A stretch of 64,000 nucleotides of DNA from Octopus bimaculoides (taxonomy: Eukaryota): positions 103,288,273 through 103,352,272 of the forward strand of contig NC_068984.1 in NCBI RefSeq assembly GCF_001194135.2, given 5' to 3'. The notes beneath the pieces are model-generated. The model did no database searches and was not told the DNA's origin. It saw only the letters and a program-made list of their open reading frames with translations. Both the position numbers and the translations under genes were made by a program. Of the stretch, positions 50,479-64,000 are shown piece after piece; the stretch's first letter is position 1; every line of letters begins with the position of its first letter.

Positions 50479-50559
<81 letters not shown>

Positions 50560-51919
50560 GGGGAAAGAGAGAGAGGAGAAAGAGAGAGAGGAGAAAGAGA
50601 GAGATAGTAAGAGAGAGATAGTAAGAGAGAGATGGGTCTCATGTTTGTAATGTCTCACCACCCTGACATGACGTTTACCAAAGTATATTAATTTGTTTTG
50701 GATTTTTTTAATATATATAAGCTGATCCTATTTCGATTTTTAGTTTCATTAATAGCCAGGTTTGTTTTGATTGTTTTTATTTAAACTTAGTATTATTAAT
50801 ATGTATATAGATTCTGGCCTATCATACGTTACGACTAACATGTCCTCCAACATAGGCTATAGATATCGAAAATTTAATTTCCGCCTTTGATGATAATGAA
50901 TCAATTGTCAATTCTATGATTCGCCATCACAGACTATAAATCAGATTTAGTTCGATCTATCTTTATTCGGCTTGTACATTCATCATTGATTACTTTTAAC
51001 TTTGTGAAGACTTCTCCAAAGACAAGAAAAATATAGTTCTTGATTGTGATAGATTTACGTCTAGGAACAATCACTTCTACGGTGGTTGGATATTTCCCCT
51101 ACGTTATCCTTCTATTCTTATTCCACCATGTAAGTTGCCGATGTTTATACTTCAGAATGGATCTATTTTTGTAATTTCCAAAAAGTTCTAATTCTAGTAA
51201 ACGACTTTCTATAGAGAGAGCAAATGACTACTTTCCCAGTTAGCATCGTCAGTGTGTTTCGAGACGCAATATTTAATATATGGCTTAGAATTTAAATTAT
51301 TTCGCCCTCTATTAAAGCGGGATTTTATTTTAAAATGTGTCAACTAATACAAAAGTTCCTTGAATGAATACTTTGAATATGAATTGGGAAATGGTTTCCT
51401 GAAAAACAGATAATTGTGAGTCTGGAAAGTTAATTAATTATCTTATATGAGACATATTTATTTTTCGCCTTCTATACATTTAAGAAACTCGATCGACATG
51501 AAATCTATAGCAATTGTTATAACATAAAATGTTATTAATTATTAATTTAATCAGACTGGTTAACACTATGAGGTACTTTGAAAACGCCATATATTCTATG
51601 GAAAGAATCATGCAAAATTGATAAAATAGAAGACAACTAATTTCTAGAGAATGCTTCTTTAACTTCCCTTCAGTGACGTAATCTATCGTTGGTTCTTACC
51701 ATATTCTGATCTCTAATCATCAGATATTCTAAAGTAGTTCTGTAGCAGTTTGGTGACACTAGAAAAGTCCTTTATATTGCGTTTAATGACAGCATCGATC
51801 AATTCTCTGTGAGAAGACCATAAATAATTTTGCTGCATTTGATTTACAGACCCAACTAACAAATCATCGACCTCCAGACAGCAAGTCAATTATTGATTTG
51901 ACACAATGTCAAATGAGTA

Positions 51920-52090
51920 TTTCGATTACATCGACCCCAGTGCTTAAGTGGTATTTATTTTATCGACCCCAAAAGGATGAAAGACAAAGTCGACCTAGGC
52001 GGAATTTGAACTCAGAGCGTAAAGTCGGAAGAAATACCGCTAATAATTTTTTTCCGGCGCAGTAACGATTCTGCCAGCTCGCCGCCTTAA
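51920..52090 (-). mobile_element. S1 SINE
   Basis: Motif set ending GCCAGCTCGCCGCCTTAA. Confidence 0.85.
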
Positions 52091-52289
52091 GTATAGAGTT
52101 ATATTGACTATTTAACTGACATCGACAGCACAGCGTCAAATTGTCCATTTTAACGACTATAACAGTAATGGTTTTGCTTAATATTGTCACATTATCTAAC
52201 TCACATTGTCTATGCTTCACGGACATTGTCAGATCTATGTCAAATTGATAGTGATAATCCCATTGAGTTACGTCATACCTGGTCAATAT

Positions 52290-52510
52290 ATATCAATAAC
52301 GGACGTTGACAGTACTTGATTAACTAATCGATATTAAAAGTTCTTTACTCACTAATGGATATTGACGGTAGATTAGTAACTAATGGACATTAGCTGTACT
52401 TTACAAACAAATGAACATTAACAGTAGTTTAGGAACTAATGGATATTGACAATACTTCACTAACTAATGGCGTTAAAAGTACTTTACTAACTAATGGATG
52501 TTGACAAGAG
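52290..52510. repeat. Degenerate minisatellite of about 27 bp (ACTAATGGATATTGAC core)
   Basis: Recurrent ACTAATGG(A/C) cores. Confidence 0.7.
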
Positions 52511-52670
52511 GAGTTACCTCAATCTTCAGGAGGAGTTACCTCAATCCTTTCTACATTAACCAAAATGAAGTAGATTGACAAATTTATATTTTGAACCCGT
52601 TGAAGACACACAAGATGTCGAAATATCGTTCATTAGATAACAATGACACTCTTCTTTTAATTTTGACTCT

Positions 52671-52705
<35 letters not shown>

Positions 52706-52707
<2 letters not shown>

Positions 52708-55700
52708 AACACCGGGGACGTTTAACATGTGAGAGGGATAAAACAAACACTGCACCGAAACCTATCCAAAAACATCAGGAATAAAGGCAACAAATGGAGC
52801 CTAAAATAACTGACAAAGTGTTGGACTATATCCGAGTAAGTAATACTCATTAAAATTTTTATTTCTATTTTCCGAATGAAACGATGAATTTTAACTATGT
52901 ATCATTTCCGTCACTCACACAACACGTGTAAATACGCTCCTCACACTGACAAGGTGCTGGACTACACACGAGTAAGTAATGCTCCTTAAAAGTGTTGGAC
53001 TATATCCGAGTAAGTAATACTCATTAAAATTTATTTATATTTTCCAAATGAAATCATGTATTTTAACTGTGTCTCATCTCTGTCACTCGCACAATACGTG
53101 TAAACATGCTCGCCATATTACGATCAAATTAACATCAGACCATCTCTGTCCTCAACCACCATGCACAAAACAAATGAAAAGTAAATTAAATAATACCCGA
53201 ATTATTCAACCCAAAGATAACAAACAGGAAGTATGTACTTTAAACTTGTTACACAAAATGTACGAAAAACTACACGTGCAAAACCATTTCACACCAAAAA
53301 TGAACAGACCGGTACCCTACGCAAATAACGACCATCAAAACAAAGGGCCAGACGTTATTCCTCATGTCCCGCAACTAAAATCAAAAAAGCATAAATGGAC
53401 ACGTGAGGAATGTATTTCAATCTTACACCCTTATTTTACAGCAGTGCTCTACCCACGGAACGAAAACTCAACATATACAAATACAATCTGGAAGAAAAAT
53501 AACCTAGGTAAAGATTTGAATACAGCAATGAACCCTAATACTCTAGCAAACATACGGAGATATATTCTCAAAAAAAAAACATATCAGAAATAGAAATAGA
53601 ACACTTAAAAGGAAAAATACATCAGGAAAACCTAGATAGTAGCCACACAGCAATGTCAAATATTATTATAAGCACTGGGACTGTAAAATACAAAGACAGG
53701 CGTAACATGTCCAACAAAAACGAAGTAAACAACGAAGGACAACAACTCCAGGCCGTAGGAATGTATAAATGATGTGCAAAATGTACCAAACCAGAACACC
53801 ACGGACAAAAATATGAACGGGTGGGGATATGAAACAAATCTAAAACCTGGAAACAATGAAGGTGAAACTAACAATGATGATACTCTAAAAATTAGCATAA
53901 TCAAAGAATTGAAAGCCACAGATTTCAGTATGGACCACCGATTGCACTTCCCCAAAATTAAAATTGATAATAAAACAACATCAATAATAAATGGCATGAA
54001 CCTGGTCGTCACAGAACTAATAGCCACAGAAACAAATGTCAATATGACCAGGCTAAATGATATAATATATGCAGCAGCCTCTGTGGCCACAAAAGAAGCT
54101 GGATGCCCCCTAAAACTCATCCAAACAGGAGTATCACCACCCAAACAAACCCTGTGGATAAATAATATTCAGAAAAAAAAAAGAAAATGAGAGGAAAGGT
54201 TTGTCAATCCTTAATGAAACTAGTAGACAATGAACACTACTAAGCAACAAGAAGAGAAGAAAATACTACGTAAATATAAAATTACAGAACAAGGTACACC
54301 CAAGCACTGCAAAAACTAAGGAACTGGAAGGCACTCGGGCATAATAAGATCCCCAACTTCTAGTAAAAATACCTAGCAGGAACACAAAAAAGCTGGCTGA
54401 GAAATTTAATGAAATACTAGCAGAGCCAGAGACAGTGCTTGAATGGCTCACGGAAGGGAAAACTATCCTAATTCCTAAGTTCACTGAAGCGGCAAACCTA
54501 CAAAATTACAGACCGGTTACTTGTCTCCCTACAATTTACAAAGCCTTTACTGCAATAATATCGCAGAGAGTGAGCAAGCATCTGGAAGAAAACAACCTGT
54601 TTCCAGAAGAGCAGAAGGGTTGCTGCAAGGGTTCATATGGCTGTAAAGATCAGCTATTGATCAATAAAGCCATAACTGAAGGCACCCGCAGAAAGAAGAA
54701 GAGTCTAAATATGGCCTAGATCGATTACCGAAAGGCTTTTGATAATATTCCTCACACATGGATCCTAGAAACACTAGCCATTAATAAGGTAGCACCAATA
54801 ATCATAAAATATATAAAACATTCCATGAATAAATGGCAGACAGTGCTACAGCTCCAAACAAAAGTGGGACTCATAAAAACCAAAGCCTCCCCATTAGAAG
54901 AGGAATATTCCAGGGAGACACGCTCTCTCCACTCCTTTTCTGCTTGGCACTGACGCCTTTATCTGACATGCTAAACAGAACTGGATATGGATACAACTGT
55001 CACAGCAAAATAATCAGCCACCTCTTATATATGGATGATTTAAAACTTAACGCTACAAATGATAAACAGTTGGAAATATTACTACAGACAATACATGGAT
55101 TAACCAAAGAAATAAACATGAAATTTGGCTTAGAAAATGTGTCAAAGCAACCTTGAAAAGAGGAAAACTAGTTAAGAGTAGCAACATCACACTAGATAAA
55201 GCAAATGAAATAAGAGAATTAGACGAAAGCAAGACATACAAATACTTAGGAATCAATGAACTGGATACGATACAACACACACAAATGAAAGAGAAGATAA
55301 AAAAAGAATACTACAGACGAGTTAGCTTAATACTGAAAGCAGAACTCAATGCGAGAAACAAGATAATAGGTATTAACACTCTAGCCGTTTCAGTTATAAG
55401 TTATAGCTACAATGTTCTTTACTGGACTCTATGAACTAATCAAAATAGACAGGAAAACAAGAAAAATAATGACAGGATTTAGGATGCACCACTCGAAATC
55501 TGACATAGGCTATATATACAACGTATCAAAGGTGGCAGAGGCCTTATACAACTAGAAAACTATTACAAAATAACCACCGGGGGACTACAGCAATGCCTAC
55601 TTCAGAAGCAAGGAAAACGAATAGCCACAAAACAAAAAAACTGTTTTCAGTCTTGAAGGAAGCTGATAACAACTATCAAGAAAAAGAACAACAAATGGTG

Positions 55701-56477
55701 TAAAACAACTGAAATCCAAACTAAAACTGGAACAGCAACGGATCATGATAAAACGAAGGCCAGAAAAGTCGCTTCATGGCAAATACTGGGTTAAACTAAA
55801 CAGAAAAGAAATAGACAAAGCAAAATCCCAACAATGGCTGAGAAGCTCAGGACTCAAAGCAGAGACTGAAGGATTTTTAACTGCCGCACAACATCAAAAC
55901 CTTCCCACCAGAAATTACCAAAAACATGTAATGAAAAGAAATACAAGTAACTGTAGGATATGTGGAGATGGAGAAGAAACAATAAATCATACTGTCTCTG
56001 GCTGCTCAGTCCTTACTAAGAAGGAATATATTCGTAGACACGGCAGATTTGGGACTTGCATACAGGCCGGATATAGTTGTCAGAGATCACCAAGAAAAGA
56101 AATGCTTTCTAATCGATGTATCAATACTAACAGATGACAATGTGTCTCTAAAAGAAACGGAGACACTTTCAAAATACAAAGACCTGTAAATAGAGGTAAC
56201 TCGAATGTGGAGTCTAAAAACAGAAACAATTCCTATCATAGTAAGCGCATTAGGTATGATGAAAAAAATGTTCAGACAAATACTTAACAAAAACACCAGG
56301 ACTTACAAGTATATATAACATTCAGAAAATAGCATTACAAAGCACTGCACATTAACTGCGTAGAATGCTTTCAATACAGTAAAAATAAGAGCATCACAGC
56401 AAAACATAATACATACCCAAGGCACACATAGCTGCGCTCGGTAGAGCAGTGAAAGCACGTGATGAAAAATAAGACTA

Positions 56478-56480
<3 letters not shown>
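52706..56480 (+). mobile_element. Near-full-length R4/Dong-clade non-LTR retrotransposon between (TAA)n tracts, degenerate
   Basis: KWTREE N-terminus; RT motifs LIPK, NYRPVTCL, EEQKGC, IDYRKAFD, GIFQGDTLSPLLF, LLYMDDLKL, YKYLGI; CRICG..EETINH..SGC finger; RPDIVV..DVS..KYKDL..W RLE. Flanks are (TAA)n at 52672-52705 and 56481-56555. Confidence 0.92.
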
Positions 56481-56556
<76 letters not shown>

Positions 56557-57974
56557 TACAAAACAACAAGATTTCCACACGTTATTATGTCGCTAGGTTT
56601 ATCACGTTCAAATATACAATTTCATACCAGTGAACTAGAAATACTAATACTAATAATAGTATATTGCTTCAACTAAATCACTTACACCTCTTATCTACAA
56701 AGTTATTTGGCCTTGTGCTCGGTCAATATACCTCAGTATTTATCTTAGACTCTTTATGAGATAACTGGTTTCAATATGAGATTATTAAAATCGTTTGCAA
56801 GTTTATTATTTGTTTGAAAGGAAATTTGAAATTCGTCTGGAAACTGACAGTTTTAATTCAGACTGTCTATTTTGGCGTCAGTGAAGCCATAAATTTTAAA
56901 GTGTGAATTTAGATATAGTGATTATAAGTACATTAATTCACTTCAATTTTCATCAATTCCGAAACAAGAAAATAAAAGTAAAATTATGTAAGACGCTTAT
57001 TGCAATGTCGATACTTTCGCTGGAAGCTCCAATTCTGTTTGTATATGCTTCTCTTGAAACTTCGCTTTCTGATGCCTCCTTCCCCGCCTCCTGCTAAATG
57101 TTAAATGATTCATTCATTCACTTTTCTGTTTTCTTATATTTTCTAAATTGTTACGGATCACATATTTTTCTCATTACAAGTTTACTTTTTTACGCCAGTA
57201 AACAGGTAAATATTATGCTTTTAAGATTCTGCCTATTACTCGCATAGACTACAGAATATATATTACGAGCGCGCGCACATACACACACACACATATATAC
57301 ATACATATATANNNNNNNNNNNNNNNNNNNNNNNNNNNNNNNNNNNNNNNNNNNNNNNNNNNNNNNNNNNNNNNNNNNNNNNNNNNNNNNNNNNNNNNNN
57401 NNNNNNNNNNNNNNNNNNNNNNNNNNNNNNNNNNNNNNNNNNNNNNNNNNNNNNNNNNNNNNNNNNNNNNNNNNNNNNNNNNNNNNNNNNNNNNNNNNNN
57501 NNNNNNNNNNNNNNNNNNNNNNNNNNNNNNNNNNNNNNNNNNNNNNNNNNNNNNNNNNNNNNNNNNNNNNNNNNNNNNNNNNNNNNNNNNNNNNNNNNNN
57601 NNNNNNNNNNNNNNNNNNNNNNNNNNNNNNNNNNNNNNNNNNNNNNNNNNNNNNNNNNNNNNNNNNNNNNNNNNNNNNNNNNNNNNNNNNNNNNNNNNNN
57701 NNNNNNNNNNNNNNNNNNNNNNNNNNNNNNNNNNNNNNNNNNNNNNNNNNNNNNNNNNNNNNNNNNNNNNNNNNNNNNNNNNNNNNNNNNNNNNNNNNNN
57801 NNNNNNNNNNNNNNNNNNNNNNNNNNNNNNNNNNNNNNNNNNNNNNNNNNNNNNNNNNNNNNNNNNNNNNNNNNNNNNNNNNNNNNNNNNNNNNNNNNNN
57901 NNNNNNNNNNNNNNNNNNNNNNNNNNNNNNNNNNNNNNNNNNNNNNNNNNNNNNNNNNNNNNNNATATATATAT

Positions 57975-58840
57975 ATATATATACTACATATGCGGGAAAT
58001 TTTGTCTGTGGGGGTGTTTGTGGAGTTGTTAGCTAGCTCCTCCTACATCGTTTTATCGATTTCGATGAAACTTGACACGTAAGTACAACTCAGGTCTGGA
58101 AACCTCATGGCATACTCAGATTGTTGAAGAAATCGATAATAAGGACCCTGCAAGGGATCCTTATATATATATATCTAATATGTTTTATTTGAAAAACCAA
58201 TGGAAATTATCCATTCACCCCTGGAAGGGGTCGTTATATATAGCCAAGGGAAATAACCCATTCATTTTCCTAGATTATTTGGTATAAATCAAACTGAGTT
58301 TATAATTTCTTAGTATTTATTTTCCTAAACAATAGATTCACACTTATTTCGGTTAGTGACTTATTCACGAATTTACCAATACTAGCGCCGCTGTGGGTAA
58401 TATTCTCTGGGAACGCACAAAAGCCCTCTTCAGAGTTATTTACTCTGAATTGTTATTATCTCATATCTGATTAGCCTGTTATTACGTAACACTCTTCACG
58501 ATTTTAGTATACATACCTTATTAGTATTTCCTCTTATGTTCTATATACTCTGGGAATGTATTAAAGCCTTTTTCGGGGGTACTTTATTTGAATTCTTGCT
58601 ATCGGGCAACTAATTTCCTGTTATTACACAACCGACTTCACAATTTGGGTATTCATAACTTATTGGGAATTCCTAACAACAAGATCCTGTATAAGACAGT
58701 TTAGTACTCTCTGTAAATGCACAAAACCGATTTAAGGGCTACATGCTTTGTATTGTTGTTATTGGCTTAGCGAAACAATTATGAGAACGGAACTAAGGGA
58801 TAAGCCCCACTTTCCGGGAATTACCGGGTACATCAGCTAG
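57975..58840 (+). mobile_element. Non-autonomous Helitron-type element
   Basis: 3' end CCGGGAATTACCGGGTACATCAGCTAG|T (hairpin plus CTAG); internal inverted repeat TTATCGATTTC/GAAATCGATAA; 5' end lies in an AT-rich tract beside a gap. Confidence 0.65.
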
Positions 58841-58899
58841 TATATACATATATTTGTATATATACTCACCCACACATCAACAAATGCTTTGCATGCATT

Positions 58900-59260
58900 T
58901 TCCATTGCGTAAATGCCAATCTTTCCACTTTGAATAGCCAAAATAACAGAATACAAACGATATTAATACCAAGAAAACATTATAATACCAAACACAGCTT
59001 GATCAGGGACAGCATGCAGCTAGAACCTTCCCTATCACTCCAAACATTTGGTCTTACTATCACCAAGGATCTCTCCTGGTGAAAGTAAATCGCAGATATA
59101 ACTAAAAATGCATCTCAAATGCTGGCCCTAATCTTCAGATCCAAAAGACACCGCATTTCCCCATCCCACATTATGCTACAAAGCTCAGACGAGGCCCACA
59201 ACATACTGAAAATCAAGATTGAGCGAGCCTTTGCCCTTTTGCAACGATAGAATGGTGGAA
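58900..59260 (+). mobile_element. Decayed CR1/L2/Jockey-group LINE RT C-terminal fragment
   Basis: FGLTITKDLSW..IADITKNASQMLALIFR, YKAQTRP. Confidence 0.55.
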
Positions 59261-59314
59261 AATAGTGGTAGTAAAAACTCATCAATTTAGAAGTACAATA
59301 CAAACATAAGAAAA

Positions 59315-59760
59315 ATGAGTGCACGATTACAAGAGGAAGAAGTAAGAGGACCAGCAATAGCAACGCCACAGAAAAAGAAGGGAAAAAATAGTATCATGTG
59401 TAACTACATACGTAAAGACGAATGCAGATTCGGCAACTACATGATACGGAATGTAGTGTACAAATGCGAGGTGAAGGCAAATATGCAGAAATATGTGTAC
59501 ATTGGTTGTACTGTTGACACCATGAAAAATCGTCTGAGAAACCATCTACCATCGTTTTCCAATATAAATAAAAGACATTCCACATCTGTGTCAAACTTCG
59601 TCTGGAGGCTAAAACAGAATGGAGTAGAATACACAACCCACTGGCCCATTATAAAAATGCTACACCATATAACGGAACTTCACGAGTATGCAACATATGT
59701 GCTTTGAAGAAACCCTGAAAATAATCACATCCAGGCAAAACGTGATAAATAGACACTCTG
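59315..59760 (+). pseudogene. GIY-YIG endonuclease fragment, Penelope-like
   Basis: ORF 59315-59707: CN...C..NVVYKCEV..YVYIGCT..MKNRLRNH..SF..STSVSNFVWRLK..W.II. Confidence 0.75.
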
Positions 59761-60660
59761 AGATGGTCGTATCATATAAGCAAAGGAACAAAATATTATT
59801 CATGGAATTTTTTTTTAATATTTTGAAAAGAAGTAACAAATTATAGAATCCAAACAAATAAACGAAAATACTAATGTTTAAGATGATACACACTATAACA
59901 ACAGAAACAGTGAAAAAGTCGCCATAAGAGGGTAGGTATTAGTCAATTCAGTTAATAAACCCCACTCTATAGCAGCTGACCACCAGTTGGGTTCAGAATT
60001 TATTGAGGGGGGTCAAGTCTTGAATGAAATAGAACAAAGAAATGTACTATCATCCTTAAATCTGCTGAATGGATAAACATCCTTAAAATCTGCAGAATGA
60101 ATAGCAAATAAATCCATTACCACCATACACGCCTCCTTTCCCATATTACTACCATTCCTTTCTCTACCCCCATCATCTACCTCCCCCCTACCAAGTACAT
60201 ACAGAAATTGTCACATAGCTAGATTGGCCTTCATACTGACAAGAAGTGATGAACATCCCGCAGTGATTCATCGCCTAATGAAATGAATCAATGATGAATA
60301 TCAACCAGATGCCCACGGATAATACGGACTATACTATTCAAAACCCAAGGATACAGACTCTGATGTTAAACTCGTGTGATTCGTGGAAACCCGTGTAGCG
60401 ATGTATTAGGTATTTATAAATTCCATCCTAGAATTATTGCCATTATATATATATATATATATATATATNNNNNNNNNNNNNNNNNNNNNNNNNNNNNATA
60501 TGTGTGTGTGTGTGTGTGCATATACACACAACACACACATATATATATGTACACACATACATACACACACATACATACACACACACACACATATATGTAT
60601 ATATATATAATAAGGACTCTTGATCGAATCAGGTACTTAAAAGAATAGGCACCAGGTAGG

Positions 60661-60712
60661 GTTGGATAAACCTGTTGGATAAACCTGTTGGATAAACCTG
60701 TTGGATAAACCT
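60661..60712. repeat. 13-bp tandem repeat (GTTGGATAAACCT) x4
   Basis: Perfect units. Confidence 0.95.
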
Positions 60713-60927
60713 ATGGTCGATTAAATATCCAGTAGGATATTCAGTTTGTGTACACAGAGATACCCCCCCCCCCCTACGAGTATTAAGCCCCTAGGGGCTG
60801 GTCCAAAGTACTCATTGTGTTGATCATATATTATTTGCAGTAGAAGAAAAAATATTTATCTGATCAGGATCCGGTTTGCACTTATGAAAGTTTGGGAAAA
60901 TTTTCCCATTTGTAAAAGTCTTATGTA

Positions 60928-61892
60928 TCAGGTTGAACCAAAAGTTTTTTTCGGATTTTTACTGATTTTTATCATTAATTTGATACTACTTCTTGTACAA
61001 TTGTTGTTGAACTGTTTATCTTTTATTTTTATATATAACATATAAACATCGTTTTTTTTCTTTATTTTAGAGCTTTGATCATGAGTAATGAAAAATGGCA
61101 ATTAGAGCCATTTTCCGCTACCTGTGGGGAAAAGGACCAAGTTCAAGGACAGCAGCAAAAGAAATTAATGTTGCCCAGGAAATGTCAACGAACGTGTGGC
61201 ACAAAACTAGTTCAGTAAGGTGACACCAGCCTCGAAGACAAAACAAGGTCAAGGAGGCGTTCTGTTGTGAAAGATGAGGCCTTGATTGAAATGGCTGAAC
61301 AACAGTGAAGCACAAACACTCGTACATTGCCGACAGAACTTTATAAATGGACATCGCCATAAGCTCGGTCTTGTGAACAGACGTTTTCGAGAAACATCTC
61401 ATGAACTGACCAATGACCAGCCTCAATGACGTATGAACAACTGCAAACAACTGCTGGCAAATCCTCGAGATGACCGTTTTGGGGAGTCGAATTGTAACTG
61501 GGCATAATAAAAAAAAAGGATCTATTTTCGTAATCTTAATAAAATAAATGAGCGACTTCGTTCCGGCTAGGCTTCAGAACAAAGGTGGCTTGAACAGAAG
61601 GTTGTATGTCTGGTGGAATTTCAAAGGGTGTTGCACTTTGAGGTTGTCTCAGATGGTCATGCTGGGAACGCTTACATTTTTGCTCAAAAACTGCAGCGAG
61701 TATATGGTACTTTGAAAGTTGGCTACCTGGCATTAGTCAATCGAAGATGCGCCCTCCTGCAGCATAACAATGTACCAGACCACACTACCAAAATGACCAG
61801 GTGCAATCTAGGGTATCTTGAGAGGCTGGAAGTGCTACTTCACACTACCTACAGTCCAGATACCCGCCAAATATTTTGGAAACGAACCTAGA
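60928..61892 (+). mobile_element. Internally deleted mariner transposon, degenerate transposase
   Basis: Left TA|TCAGGTTGAACCAAAAG TIR-like; AAKEIN, SLEDKTRS, RIVTG, LVNRR.ALLQHNNVPDHT, LLHTTYSPD (cf. HDNARPH, YSPDL); probable right TIR ...AACGAACCTAGA. Confidence 0.85.
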
Positions 61893-61956
61893 AAATATCC
61901 GGCAGAGTATCATTTGAAGAGATGGAGTGGTGGTTATATAACGTTTTACAACGGAT

Positions 61957-61987
<31 letters not shown>

Positions 61988-62451
61988 NNNNNNNNNNNNN
62001 NNNNNNNNNNNNNNNNNNNNNNNNNNNNNNNNNNNNNNNNNNNNNNNNGTGTGTGTGTCTGTGTTGCGGTCCAGAAAGGATAGAATGATGAAGTATTTTC
62101 AATGCAGCACTCAAGAGACTATCTAACTCTTGAATTGTGGCCTTAAATTCTTCTGGTGTAGTAGAAAATCAAGTTGTAGCATCGGTAAAACCAACGTCTG
62201 GGATTAGCGAAGAGTAAAATATAATCCAAACAATAAGACAAATACAGAATTTAACACATTTTCAATGACCAGTTACAGCTGTTTCTGTAACACTCTGTTT
62301 AAAACGTCAAAGTTCAATGTAAAAAGTTGAGTAATATTTGCGGTCTGAAACACTCGAGTAGCATTTCATCAGACTTGCATCAAAAGCTTGCCCTGGTAGT
62401 GTGCACATTAATAGATAAATAGATAATAGATAGATAAATTGATTGGGAGTT

Positions 62452-62488
<37 letters not shown>

Positions 62489-62511
62489 GTCAGACAGACA
62501 CATGGAGGGAT

Positions 62512-62573
<62 letters not shown>

Positions 62574-64000
62574 TGCATATCTTATGACCCTTACTTTTGG
62601 GAAGTTTTAGTTACATTATAAAACTTTACATACAGAACACAATACATGCTTATGTTGTAGTTGGTGTTTTTTTCTGTGTGAAGTTGATGTTGATAGTTTC
62701 AGCATCCTTATTCAAATAATAATTCGCTCTTAGGATCTCTTATAAGCGAAGAAAATTTACTAGTCAAAGGAAATCGTTTATGTATGTGTATATCTAAATA
62801 TGTGTGCGTGTGTCCATATACATTGATGTATGTATGTGTACCCGTATGTGTGTATGCTTGTTAATGTATGTATGTATGTATGTATGTATGCATGTATGTA
62901 GGAAGGAATACATGTATGTAATCAATCTGTATTCACGCAGAATATTTGTGGGTACTGTACATTTTGCAATAATTTCTTAAGTATTACGTTATGTGTGCGT
63001 ATGAATATGAGTTAGTGTGTGCGCACGCGGGCGTTTGTACGTGTGATTCTGTGTATGTACATGTATGTATATGTGTATGAACGCGTGTGTGTGTATATAA
63101 GAGTTATGAAAAGAACACCATTAAAGAAGTCACTCCAGCGATACTGATCAGACATTTCCGTTAGGCTATAATCAGAACGGAGTATACCTCATTGATGCAC
63201 TGACATATCAACTTCAAATAAATAGACACAATTATTTATCAAACTGGCAAAGGAAATATCAACACAAATTTCATAAGAATAGGTTATCAAGATGGTTATT
63301 AGCTGAAATATCAAAGAAAATGAAAAGACCAATAACAGTAAGATGAAGCGCAAATCCAACGAGAGAAGCGCAATCTTTTGATCTGGTCTGTATATTTAAC
63401 TAAACTCCTTTTCCACAAACTCCTTTCCTGGTCACTATATATATATATATATATATATAATACCTATAAACAAAGACGTGGCGGTGAGAGAGCGTAATAT
63501 GAGAACGGAAATAACGGCTTAATCAGCCTCAAACTACACTTTACCATCTTACAAAAAAAAAAAAAGAATACACTGCATAAAGTTATGTTAAATATATTAG
63601 TGCTTAAAATAAAAAGACAGGATGGTCACAGTTGGAACGTCTTTAGTTTATAGAAACGTTCGAAGTCATACTAACGCAGAACTAAACAGGGTAACTGAAA
63701 GAGAAACATCCGACACAAAATCGGAAATTGGGTGCAGCATTAGAACAGTGTTTAACCTTGTACAACGCAGTAAATGAATAATGACAACAATATGCAAGAG
63801 CTAAACATAATTTTTAAATGTGTGTGTATGTGTGTGAGTATGTGTGTGTGTGTGTGTGTATGTGTGTGTGGGGGGGGTCTGTCTGTTTGTCTGTACATAT
63901 ATTATCAATGGTTCGCTCTGCCTCGCTTGATAAAGGAGTTTCGAAATACAGATGAGTTGTCCAAGTATTAATGAACGAATTTCCAAATATTCATAAATGA

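Noticed and set aside
50800-51700. L1/Tx1-like endonuclease remnant
   Set aside because: Only an IDY-like trace; too decayed to support as a feature.
60358-60400. Hammerhead-like CTGATG...GAAAC downstream of the GIY-YIG fragment
   Set aside because: The core is broken (CTGATGTT) and no convincing stems form.

Overview
AT-rich, repeat-saturated eukaryotic genomic DNA from a draft scaffold with 12 N-gaps, most of them bordered by microsatellites. The SINE families, microsatellite density and TE mix resemble a cephalopod (Octopus-type) genome; this is an inference, not a database result. No host protein-coding gene, tRNA, rRNA or CRISPR array can be supported, and most ORF-track entries are translated microsatellites or gaps. 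The window holds decayed transposable elements. DNA transposons: a hAT-like (hATm-type) transposase, a TIR-bounded pogo/POGK-like element, three Tigger-like fragments, a mariner, MITE-like pieces and a non-autonomous Helitron. Retroelements: several RTE LINE fragments, two R4/Dong-clade RLE LINEs (one nearly full length and set inside (TAA)n), Penelope-like GIY-YIG fragments with hammerhead-like motifs, and about 20 tRNA-like SINE copies. The most unusual structure is at 37.5-39.05 kb: seven divergent, same-orientation SINEs stacked head-to-tail and punctuated by six copies of an 18-19 bp non-SINE motif. This looks like repeated insertion into one target site. TE boundaries are approximate, read by eye.
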